Assembly (NCBI GenBank): GCA_964522665.1
Contig: CAZFVY010000011.1
Span: 9,564-73,563 of the forward strand
From: an uncultured Verrucomicrobiota bacterium
GTDB lineage: Bacteria; Verrucomicrobiota; Verrucomicrobiia; Limisphaerales; CAZFVY01
Direction of reading: 5' to 3'
Length of the DNA stretch: 64,000 bases
The stretch's first letter is position 1, and each line of letters begins with the position of its first letter. The notes under the pieces were generated by a model that saw nothing but the letters and a program-made list of their open reading frames with translations, searched no databases and had not been told where the DNA came from. Below are positions 39,009-47,807 of the stretch, in pieces. The translations under genes and the position numbers were made by a program.

Positions 39009-40616
39009 CTAATGCGGCGAAGTGGCTTCCCCGTTCCCTTCGTCGAAGTAGATCGAGTGGCCAATGGTGGTGAAGGTCAGATGCTGGCGCCAATGAATCG
39101 CGGTAGATTCGTTTTTTGCCTCGACGGTTTGGGAACGGGCGGTTGGCGCCGAAAAAACGCCCGTCCGGAGCGCCTCGCCGAGGATGCGCCCGTCCATGGG
39201 TTTCGGCTGCGCGATGCCTAGAATCCAGAGAATTGTGGGAGCGAGGTCGGCGTTCCCGCTCGGCGATTCGTCCACGAAGCCCGGGCGCAGATCGGGGCCG
39301 GCGCCGACCAGCGTGTTGTGCATATCGTAGGGGCTGAGCGATCCGTGAGTGCCTTTGCCGACCTTGCCGGCGTCAGAGGTAATCATACCCGGAGCGCCCG
39401 TGGCGCTTTTCTCGGGACTCCAGCGCAGGGCGACGAGCAGGTCTGGCGCGTAAGTGGCCTCCGAACGAATCTGCTCGAGGGGGAAGGTCCCAGGCAGCTT
39501 GGTCCGTGAAAAAATAACGCCGGCAAAGTCGGTGGTTTGGAGAAACTCTGTGAGGCGCCGGACCACGGTTTCGTCGTGATCGACCACGTAAAAAAGATCG
39601 CTGCCGCCGAGGCCGACGACAAGGACTTCGCCGGCTTCCGGATCGGACAGTTTTCGCGTCGCGCGAAAACCGGCGTGGCGCAAAATAAGAGCGATGTCCG
39701 GCGCATAGTTGATCGTCGAAAAACCGTGGTCGGAAACGACAAACACGTCGGTTTTGTCGCGCACGTTTTTCGCGTCGAGCGCCGCCAGTACCGCGCCCAG
39801 ATTACGGTCGGAGCTTTCCAACGCCGCAAGCGATTTGGTCGAGCCGGGGCCGGAATCGTGCTGCGAGAAGTCAGGATCGCTGAGCCAAAGGAAACTTAGT
39901 TTTGGAACGCCCGTTTTCCAGAGTGATTCGGTGAGTGATTTCGTCGTCCAGGCGTCCTCCTTGACATTGGGGTAGGTGACGTTTGTCGGGAACTGCTCAC
40001 CGTCCGTGGCCACGATATCGGCCAGCGCCGACGCGGGCAGGGAGTGGCCCTGGAAAAGGTTGACGGAACCGCGCTCGGCCAGGGAACCGCGCTGGTTTGA
40101 GCGGTCGAGCAGCAGGACGACGGGCTTGGTTCCCGCGACGATCGTCCGTTCGCCAGCCTTTTGAAGTATTTCCGCGAGCGTAGGCGAGAAAAGATAGTGT
40201 CCGTGCGATAACAGATCGCCGCGGCGGATTATCTCGAGATTCTCGGTCGCCGCCGCCTCGAGCCAATTGAGTTCCGGTCGATAGAGCTTGTTCGCGAGGA
40301 TACCGGTGTGATCGGGGTACATGCCGGTCGCGAGCGCCGACCCATTGACTTCCGTGGTGCTGACGAAAACGGGGTGATGCCGGTTGAAGAACACACCTTG
40401 GCGGCGGAGTTGATCGAGGTTCGGCGTGTGCTGGGCGGATACAAAATCGGGCCGCATGCCGTCCCAGACGACGACGACGATATGCTCGGCTTTGCCATGC
40501 GTCGATGCGGCGGCGGAGAGCACGGGAATGGAGACGAGCGTGCCGCAGACCAGCGCGGCGATCAGTGAGCGCCGCCAATGTGCCGGCGAAAAATCAGTCG
40601 TATCTTGCATTAACAT
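39009..40616 (-). CDS. Alkaline phosphatase superfamily (nucleotide pyrophosphatase/phosphodiesterase-like) exported protein
   Basis: VVWDGMRPD, STTEVNGSALATG, DPDFSQH, VSDHGF, HGSLSPYDMHN, NADLAPT. Confidence 0.9.
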   Translation of the reverse strand: MLMQDTTDFSPAHWRRSLIAALVCGTLVSIPVLSAAASTHGKAEHIVVVVWDGMRPDFVSAQHTPNLDQLRRQGVFFNRHHPVFVSTTEVNGSALATGMYPDHTGILANKLYRPELNWLEAAATENLEIIRRGDLLSHGHYLFSPTLAEILQKAGERTIVAGTKPVVLLLDRSNQRGSLAERGSVNLFQGHSLPASALADIVATDGEQFPTNVTYPNVKEDAWTTKSLTESLWKTGVPKLSFLWLSDPDFSQHDSGPGSTKSLAALESSDRNLGAVLAALDAKNVRDKTDVFVVSDHGFSTINYAPDIALILRHAGFRATRKLSDPEAGEVLVVGLGGSDLFYVVDHDETVVRRLTEFLQTTDFAGVIFSRTKLPGTFPLEQIRSEATYAPDLLVALRWSPEKSATGAPGMITSDAGKVGKGTHGSLSPYDMHNTLVGAGPDLRPGFVDESPSGNADLAPTILWILGIAQPKPMDGRILGEALRTGVFSAPTARSQTVEAKNESTAIHWRQHLTFTTIGHSIYFDEGNGEATSPH

Positions 40617-40857
40617 CGCAGTAACAAAACCAAGTTGAGGCAGGGTCGGTCGAGTCTGCCCGCAGTCCCCGGGGGTTCCTCCGTGAGGGAAGCTGAACCC
40701 CGTCGCGGCGAAAAAATCTCCGGCGGCGCCGGGCTTGTCAATGGAATCCCGAAATGGCGCGGGTTTGTCACGTTAACGTCATGCGAACGCCGTTCGAGGC
40801 GAGCGACCGACGAGCGTCGGACTTGCGGAAAGACGCGACCGAGCGCAAACTGATCGA

Positions 40858-43800
40858 GTGCTCACCCGTCTCGGTCAATCTCGCCCGCGATTTGGCGCAG
40901 CCTGTTTTTGGGCGCTTGCCGCGGCGGCGGCAGTTTGCGCGGCGCCCGTTGACGTAGGCGACTATTCGGTCCAGGTATTGCAAAGCGAGGACGGACTGCC
41001 CCAAAACGCCGTGACGGCGATCGTTCAAACGCATGACGGCTTCTTGTGGATCGGCACCTATGGCGGATTGGTTCGCTTCGACGGGGTTCAGTTTACGGTC
41101 TTCGATGGCGGCAACACGCCGGAATTGCAGAACAGCCGGGTCACAGCTTTGGCCGAGGATCCCTCGGGAACGCTCTGGATCGGGCACGAAACGGGGGATG
41201 TCACCGCTTATCGGTCGGGGCAATTCCGATCGGTCAAACCGACGACGATGCGAGACCGCGAAAGAATCATCGCGATTGCGACGGATCGTGACGGGGATTC
41301 GTGGTTTCTGGGTCAGGGCGGCATCCTGGAGCGCGCTCGCGACGGATACCTCTTGGGGACCGATGGCGCCGAAGTTCAGGTTTCTGGGGCGGCCAGTCTG
41401 GCCGACGATCGCCACGGCGGAGTCTGGGTTCGGCGGGGTGGCGCGATTTGGGCGCTGCGACGGGGCAAGCTGGAGCCGCTGAGATTTAACGGTGGGACTG
41501 GCGACACGCAGTCGTTCGCGATCGGCGCCAGCGCGGACGGCGGGCTTTGGGCGATCAACCAAGGAAGGATCCGAAAATGGAACGGGGAACGCTGGTCAGA
41601 CGATTGGGGGCCGTGTCCGTGGGGCCAAAGCTCCGTCACGGCCTTGGTCGAGACGGCGCATGGTCAATTGGCGGTGGGAACGCTCGATCACGGCTTGTAT
41701 CTGCTGTCAGCGGGCCGGCCGCCGCTCCATTTCAGCCGGGAAAACGGGCTGCCCCACGACTGGGTTCGGTCGGTTTGCGAGGACCGCGAGGGCAACCTCT
41801 GGGTGGGCGCCGGCAGCAGCGGGCTGGTGGCGTTGCGCCCAGCGCGGGTTCATTCGTTGAATTCTCCGGATCATTGGCAGGGTCGAGCGGTGCTCTCGAT
41901 CGTGGCGGCAAAAGCCGGCGGGTTGTGGATCGGAACCGAAGGCGCCGGACTTTATCGATTGCAGGACGGGAAATGGTCTCATTTCGCGGAGGGCGCGGGC
42001 CTCCCGAACTTGTTTGTCTGGTCGGTCGCGGAGGATCGGAAGGGACGTACGTGGGTCGGAACATGGGGCGGGGGATTGCTGAAGCTGGCGGGTGAGCGCT
42101 TTGAACCAGCGCCAGGATTCGAGGACCCGACGGCGTCGGTTACGGCATTTTTGGAACCAACCGAGGGTGATGGCTATTGGGTGGGCACCGGCGCGGGACT
42201 CTTGCATTACCAGGCGGAGAAGAGCCAGTGGTTTGGCCGGAGCGAAGGATTGGTCGGAGCGGATGTGCGGGTGGTGGCGAGCGATCGTCAGGGAGTGATT
42301 TGGTTCGGCATGGCGGGTGGCGGCTTGGGGCGCCTGGAGGCGGGAAGCGTGCGCCAGTTTCGCAAGCGCTACGGGTTATCGAGTGACTTCGTGCAGTGTC
42401 TGGCGCCGGACGTTGATGGCGCGCTTTGGATTGGGACGGCGGACGGTGGCTTGAATCGCTTGAAGGGGGGGCGATTCAGCGTCGTCGGGACCGGGCAAGG
42501 CCTGCGCAACAACGCCATTTGCCAGCTTGTCGATGACGGGCGGGGCTTTTTCTGGATTGGCTCGCACGGTGGAATCATGCGCGCCGCCAAGGCGGACTTG
42601 AATCGCTGCGCGGACGGTCAGCTCAAGGTGGTCGAGTGCCTGGCCTATGGCCGAAGTGACGGAATGCCGACGCTCGAGTGCTCGGGCGGGATGCAATCCT
42701 CGAGTTGCCGGACGGCCGATGGCCGGCTTTGGTTTGCGACCAGCAAAGGTTTGGTTTCCGTGGACCCGTTAAACGTTGTCACCAACCGGGTACCGCCGCC
42801 GGTGGTCATTGAAACAATATTGGTCGAGGACGAGCCGGTCAAGGCGGACGGCGGGCCTTCCGATCGGCTCCGAATCCCCGCTGGGCGCCAGCGTTTCGAG
42901 TTTCGCTACGCCGGGCTGAGCTTTTCGGCGCCGGAAAAGGTTCTCTACCGGTATCGCTTGGAAGGCTTGGAGACGGAGTGGGTGGAGGCGGCTACCAAAC
43001 GCGAGGCCCACTACAGCTATCTGCCCCCCGGCGACTATACGTTCCGCGTGATCGCTTGTAATAATGACGGCGTTTGGAATGAAGCCGGCGCGACGAAGGC
43101 GTTCACCGTGTTACCGTTTTTTTGGCAGACTTGGTGGTTTCGCGCGCTTTCCGGCGCGACCGGCGTGTCGGTGGCCGGAGTCGGCGTTCTCTACGTCGCG
43201 CGGCGCCGGGTGCGGCATGAGTTGGAACGGGCCGAACGTCAGCGGGCCGTCGAGCGGGAACGCGCGCGGATCGCGCAGGATATACACGATGATCTGGGCG
43301 CCAGCCTGACTCGGATTACGCTTTTGAGCCAGTCGGCCCGCGCTGAGTTGGGAGACCCCGCGCAGGCCGCAGCCGACCTCGACCGAATTTACGGGACCGC
43401 CCGGGAATTGACCCGCGCGATGGATGAGATTGTGTGGGCGGTGAACCCCCGGCACGACACGCTCGACAGTTTAGCCAGTTATCTTTGCCGCTTCGCGCAG
43501 GATTTTCTCGGCGGCGCGGGCCTGCGTTGCCGGCTCGATGTCCCCGTCCGACTCCCCGCGTGGCCGTTGAGCGCTGAGACGCGGCACAATCTCTTCCTGG
43601 CGTTCAAGGAGGTTCTGCACAACGCGCTGAAACACGCGGCGGCCTCGGAGGTGAGGGTCTCGCTGAGTCTCGAGCCAGCCGCGTTCGTGCTTTCCGTCGA
43701 GGACAACGGCCGCGGCTTCGCTCCGGCGGAAGTCGCGGCGGGCCTGGCGTCCGGCGCCAATCACGCGTTGAGACGGAATGGATTGACGAATCTGCGCGGT

Positions 43801-43899
43801 CGCCTCGAATCGGTGGGCGGCAGTTGCGAAATCGCGAGCCAACCGGGGCGGGGAACCCGCGTCCGATTCTGCGTCCAAGTCGCTCCAGCGGCCGGTTAA
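40858..43899 (+). CDS. Sensor histidine kinase with periplasmic two-component-regulator propeller repeats, Y_Y_Y domain and HisKA_3
   Basis: DGLPQNAV, repeated LWIGT; YSYLPPGDYTFRV; TM; RERARIAQDIHDDLGA; EVLHNALKHA; EDNGRGF; GLTNL; GRGT. Confidence 0.95.
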   Translation: MLTRLGQSRPRFGAACFWALAAAAAVCAAPVDVGDYSVQVLQSEDGLPQNAVTAIVQTHDGFLWIGTYGGLVRFDGVQFTVFDGGNTPELQNSRVTALAEDPSGTLWIGHETGDVTAYRSGQFRSVKPTTMRDRERIIAIATDRDGDSWFLGQGGILERARDGYLLGTDGAEVQVSGAASLADDRHGGVWVRRGGAIWALRRGKLEPLRFNGGTGDTQSFAIGASADGGLWAINQGRIRKWNGERWSDDWGPCPWGQSSVTALVETAHGQLAVGTLDHGLYLLSAGRPPLHFSRENGLPHDWVRSVCEDREGNLWVGAGSSGLVALRPARVHSLNSPDHWQGRAVLSIVAAKAGGLWIGTEGAGLYRLQDGKWSHFAEGAGLPNLFVWSVAEDRKGRTWVGTWGGGLLKLAGERFEPAPGFEDPTASVTAFLEPTEGDGYWVGTGAGLLHYQAEKSQWFGRSEGLVGADVRVVASDRQGVIWFGMAGGGLGRLEAGSVRQFRKRYGLSSDFVQCLAPDVDGALWIGTADGGLNRLKGGRFSVVGTGQGLRNNAICQLVDDGRGFFWIGSHGGIMRAAKADLNRCADGQLKVVECLAYGRSDGMPTLECSGGMQSSSCRTADGRLWFATSKGLVSVDPLNVVTNRVPPPVVIETILVEDEPVKADGGPSDRLRIPAGRQRFEFRYAGLSFSAPEKVLYRYRLEGLETEWVEAATKREAHYSYLPPGDYTFRVIACNNDGVWNEAGATKAFTVLPFFWQTWWFRALSGATGVSVAGVGVLYVARRRVRHELERAERQRAVERERARIAQDIHDDLGASLTRITLLSQSARAELGDPAQAAADLDRIYGTARELTRAMDEIVWAVNPRHDTLDSLASYLCRFAQDFLGGAGLRCRLDVPVRLPAWPLSAETRHNLFLAFKEVLHNALKHAAASEVRVSLSLEPAAFVLSVEDNGRGFAPAEVAAGLASGANHALRRNGLTNLRGRLESVGGSCEIASQPGRGTRVRFCVQVAPAAG

Positions 43900-43954
43900 A
43901 GGCGCGCCGCGTACCGCTTTCGATCAATGATCGCCTGCTCACGAAATCGCTGTC

Positions 43955-44683
43955 ATGAGAATTGATGACGCCCAACGCCGCGCCGCGGGGTGTAAGAAGG
44001 CGCCGCTCTTGAGCATTCTGGTTTCAATCGTTGAAGATGACGCGCCCGCCCGGGAAATACTGGCGGGTTGGATCAATCGGGAAGCGGGTTTCAGCTGCCT
44101 CAGCGAACATGGCGGGGGCGACACCGCGCTGCCGGGGTTGCCCCAGGAAAAGCCAAGCGTTGTTCTCATGGACATCAACTTACCGGGCTTGAGCGGGATT
44201 GAATGCGTCCGCCGCCTGAAACCGTTGCTGCCGTTGACGCAGTTCGTGATGCTCACCGTCTATGAAGACGCCGACCACATTTTCGACGCGTTGGCAGCGG
44301 GCGCCACGGGGTACCTGCTCAAGCAGACGCGACGCGAGGAACTATTGGACGCCCTTCGCGAGGTCAGCGCGGGCGGATCCCCGATGACCAGTAATATCGC
44401 GCGCAAAGTGGTCCAGTCCTTTCGTCAATCGCATCCGCCACTGCCCGAGGCGGACGAGCTCTCGCCGCGCGAACATGAAGTCCTGGATTTGCTGGCGTCG
44501 GGCTACCTTTATAAGGAAATCGCCGATTCAATCGGCATCAGTTTGCCGACCGTCAATACTTACATCCGTCGGATCTACGAAAAACTGCACGTCCATTCCC
44601 GTTCTCAGGCCGTCGCTCGGTACGCGAATCGACCGCTGCGACCGGCCGCCCAGGCCGAGCGCGAGCGGAAGCAAAATGGCTGA
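43955..44683 (+). CDS. NarL/LuxR-family response regulator
   Basis: IVEDD, LMDINLPG, MLT, GYLLK, LSPREHEVL...KEIA...TVNTYIRRIYEKL. True start may be TTG 44009. Confidence 0.95.
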   Translation: MRIDDAQRRAAGCKKAPLLSILVSIVEDDAPAREILAGWINREAGFSCLSEHGGGDTALPGLPQEKPSVVLMDINLPGLSGIECVRRLKPLLPLTQFVMLTVYEDADHIFDALAAGATGYLLKQTRREELLDALREVSAGGSPMTSNIARKVVQSFRQSHPPLPEADELSPREHEVLDLLASGYLYKEIADSIGISLPTVNTYIRRIYEKLHVHSRSQAVARYANRPLRPAAQAERERKQNG

Positions 44684-44801
44684 ACGCGTCCGGTGTCGTC
44701 AGTTTTGACGACATGCGCGAGGAGCGATCGCTCAATAGATTCTGCCGCTGAGAGCCTCTTACAGACCTGTTTTGGTTGCACTGTTTTAGGCTAACGGACT
44801 G

Positions 44802-44831
44802 TGGCGCTTGGGGGCGCATTCCCAAGCGCCA
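44802..44831. repeat. Perfect 11-bp hairpin in the intergenic region upstream of the DUF1501 operon
   Basis: TGGCGCTTGGG-N8-CCCAAGCGCCA; no U-tract. Confidence 0.5.
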
Positions 44832-45046
44832 AGTCGGTCCGCTGGCCGGACGCCAGCCCTCACTCCACCAGTTCCGTTTTCTTCCCTGGCCACTTTCGAG
44901 CAATATTCTCGACGCCGAAGGTTGGCGGACAGCCGTTGGTGGCGTCGGGGCGGTGGGGCGGGAACATTGGCGCGTCCCATTCAGCCGCAAGCGCCTGAGC
45001 GAGGAGGCGGGAACAAAAAAAGCTGAAAATCAATCGAATTCGACGC

Positions 45047-45075
45047 TTGACATGGCGTCTAAGTAAACGATGATT
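45047..45075 (+). promoter_or_regulatory. Candidate sigma70 promoter for the DUF1501 operon
   Basis: Consensus TTGACA at 45047, weak -10 (GATGAT) 16 nt downstream, AT-rich context. Confidence 0.35.
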
Positions 45076-45131
45076 TTTAATTAGTAGCCTGAACGTATGC
45101 GCTGCCGTAATGGCGCGCGGCTTCTGCTTTT

Positions 45132-46469
45132 ATGCTGACGATCTTAGGTCAAAAATCCCGGTTCTGCGATGGGGTATCCCGCCGCAATTTTCTGAAGATT
45201 GGCGCGCTGGGCCTCGGCGGGATGAGCCTGCCGCAATTGCTTCAGGCCGAAGCGCAATCGGGAATCCGTCAATCGCATAAAGCGGTCATCATGATTTTTC
45301 TTCCGGGTGGCCCGTCGCACCAGGATATTTTTGATCTGAAAACGGACGCGCCGTTGGAGATTCGGGGCGAGTTCAAGCCGATTAGCACGAAAGTTCCGGG
45401 CATTCAGATTTGTGAGCACCTGCCGCTGCTGGCGGGGCTGATGGATAAGTTGATCCTCGTGCGGTCGATGGTTGGCGCCTACGGCGACCACGACGCGTTC
45501 CAGTGTTTGACCGGTCGCACCAACCGCAATCAACCGCCCGGTGGCTGGCCGTGCCTCGGTTCGACGATTGCGAAATTGCAGGGGCCACTCAACAAGGCAG
45601 TTCCTCCCTTTGTCGGATTGTCTCCGAAGATGGGCCACATGGAGTGGGCGGACGCGGGCAAACCAGGATTTCTCGGAGTGGGCTACGCGCCCTTCAAGCC
45701 GAATGGCGGCGGCACGGACGATCTGGTGCTGAACGGCATCACGTTGGACCGCTTGGCCGATCGGAAGGCGCTGTTGACGGCGTTTGACAGCTTCCGCCGG
45801 GATACTGACGCGAGCGGGTTGATGGAGGGTTTGGACTCCTTCAATCAGCAGGCGTTCGGCATGTTGACCTCCAGCCGGCTGCTCGAGGCCTTGGACCTGA
45901 GCCGCGAAGACAAACGGGTGGTCGAGCGTTACGGGAAAGGGGATCCCAAAAACCGTGATGACGGCGGGCCGAAACTCATGGAACACTTTTTGATCGCGCG
46001 CCGATTGGTGGAAGCGGGCGCGCGTTGCGTGACGCTGGCGTTCAGCCGGTGGGACCATCACGGGGATAATTTCGGCGCCCTGAAGCAGGACCTGCCTTTG
46101 CTGGATCAAGGCGTTTCCGCGTTGATTGAGGATTTGTATCAACGGGGGTTGGATAAGGATGTTTCGGTGGTGGTTTGGGGCGAATTCGGGCGGACGCCAG
46201 TGATTAATAAAGACGCTGGGCGCGATCATTGGCCACGGGTCTCCTGCGCGCTGTTGGCGGGTGGCGGGATGAAAGCGGGCCAGGTGATCGGTTCGACGGA
46301 TCGTTTGGGAGGCGAAGCGGTTGATCGGCCAGTCCAGTTCGGCGAAGTCTTCGCGACCCTGTATCAAAACCTCGGGATTGATGCCAATAAGACGACGGTG
46401 CCGGATTTAGCGGGGCGGCCGCATTACCTCGTGGACGGCTTCGCGCCGATGAAAGAGCTGGTCGGCTGA
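45132..46469 (+). CDS. DUF1501 protein (Tat signal), copy 1
   Basis: SRRNFLK; [15 protein letters not shown]; WDHHG; WGEFGRTP; GRDHWP; [13 protein letters not shown]. Confidence 0.92.
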   Translation: MLTILGQKSRFCDGVSRRNFLKIGALGLGGMSLPQLLQAEAQSGIRQSHKAVIMIFLPGGPSHQDIFDLKTDAPLEIRGEFKPISTKVPGIQICEHLPLLAGLMDKLILVRSMVGAYGDHDAFQCLTGRTNRNQPPGGWPCLGSTIAKLQGPLNKAVPPFVGLSPKMGHMEWADAGKPGFLGVGYAPFKPNGGGTDDLVLNGITLDRLADRKALLTAFDSFRRDTDASGLMEGLDSFNQQAFGMLTSSRLLEALDLSREDKRVVERYGKGDPKNRDDGGPKLMEHFLIARRLVEAGARCVTLAFSRWDHHGDNFGALKQDLPLLDQGVSALIEDLYQRGLDKDVSVVVWGEFGRTPVINKDAGRDHWPRVSCALLAGGGMKAGQVIGSTDRLGGEAVDRPVQFGEVFATLYQNLGIDANKTTVPDLAGRPHYLVDGFAPMKELVG

Positions 46470-46475
46470 CCCCGT

Positions 46476-47807
46476 ATGCTGACGATATTCGGAAAACAGT
46501 CTCGGTTCTGTGACGGGGTATCGCGGCGTAATTTCATCAAGATCGGCGCGCTCGGTTTAGGGGGACTGGCCCTGCCGCAATTGTTGGAGGCGGAGGCGCG
46601 GGTGGGGGCGGGGAAATCGAACAAGGCGGTCATCATGATTTATCTTCCTGGCGGTCCGCCGCACCAGGACATGTTTGATCTTAAGCCGAACGCCCCGCTC
46701 GAGATTCGAGGAGAGTTTCAAAGCATTCGCACGAACGTCCCCGGGATCGAGATTTGCGAGCACCTGCCGCTCTTGGCGGGCATGATGGATAAGTTTGCCG
46801 TCATCCGTTCAATGGTTGGCTCGGACGGCGGGCATGATGATTTTCAGTGTTTAACGGGTCGGTCGTTGGGGCGCCAGCCGCCCGGCGGTTGGCCGTCCAT
46901 GGGGTCGGTCATTTCAAAGGTTCTTGGTCCCAGCGAACCGGCGATCCCCTCTTACGTGGATTTGCTGCCGCACATGCAGCATCGCGAATACAATGCCGCC
47001 GGCCCGGGCTTTCTGGGACCGGCCCACTCGGGCTTTAGTCCGCAGGGCGAGAGTAAATCCGACCTGACGCTCAATGGCATCACCCTGGATCGCTTGGCCG
47101 ACCGCAAGCGCCTGCTCGCGGCTTTCGACGGTTTTCGGCGCGACACCGACGCCTCCGGCCTGATGGAGGGACTCGACGCATTTAATCAACAGGCGTTCGG
47201 AATGTTGACGTCGAGTAAATTGGTCGAAGCGCTGGACTACCAGCGGGAGGACCAACGTCTGCTCGACCGTTACGGCAAGGGTGATCCCTCAACCCGGGGC
47301 GATGCCGCCGCGCGAATGACGGAGCATTTCTTGATCGCGCGGCGATTGGTGGAGGCCGGGGTGCGTTGCGTCACCGTCGCCGTTGGCTTTTGGGATTACC
47401 ACGGAAACAATTTCAAAACCGCCAAGGAAGATATGCCTTATCTTGACCGTGGCCTGAGCGCGCTGGTCTCGGACCTGCATCAACGGGGCCTGGACAAGGA
47501 TGTTTCCGTGGTCGTTTGGGGCGAATTTGGACGCTCACCGATCATCAACAAAGACGCGGGGCGCGACCATTGGCCGCAAGTTTCGTTCGCCCTGTTGGCC
47601 GGAGGCGGCATGAAAACAGGGCAGGTGATTGGCGCGACCGACAAGTTCGCGGGCGAGGCGGTTGACCGACCAATTTCGTACCCCGAGGTCTTCGCCACGC
47701 TTTACCACAATTTAGGGATCGATCCGAACAAGGTGACGTTGCCCGACTTGTCTGGGCGCCCGCAATATCTGGTGGACGGCGCTCAGCCGATCAAAGAGCT
47801 GATTTAA
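46476..47807 (+). CDS. DUF1501 protein (Tat signal), copy 2
   Basis: SRRNFIK; YLPGGPPHQDMFDLK; WDYHG; WGEFGRSP; GRDHWP. Confidence 0.92.
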   Translation: MLTIFGKQSRFCDGVSRRNFIKIGALGLGGLALPQLLEAEARVGAGKSNKAVIMIYLPGGPPHQDMFDLKPNAPLEIRGEFQSIRTNVPGIEICEHLPLLAGMMDKFAVIRSMVGSDGGHDDFQCLTGRSLGRQPPGGWPSMGSVISKVLGPSEPAIPSYVDLLPHMQHREYNAAGPGFLGPAHSGFSPQGESKSDLTLNGITLDRLADRKRLLAAFDGFRRDTDASGLMEGLDAFNQQAFGMLTSSKLVEALDYQREDQRLLDRYGKGDPSTRGDAAARMTEHFLIARRLVEAGVRCVTVAVGFWDYHGNNFKTAKEDMPYLDRGLSALVSDLHQRGLDKDVSVVVWGEFGRSPIINKDAGRDHWPQVSFALLAGGGMKTGQVIGATDKFAGEAVDRPISYPEVFATLYHNLGIDPNKVTLPDLSGRPQYLVDGAQPIKELI

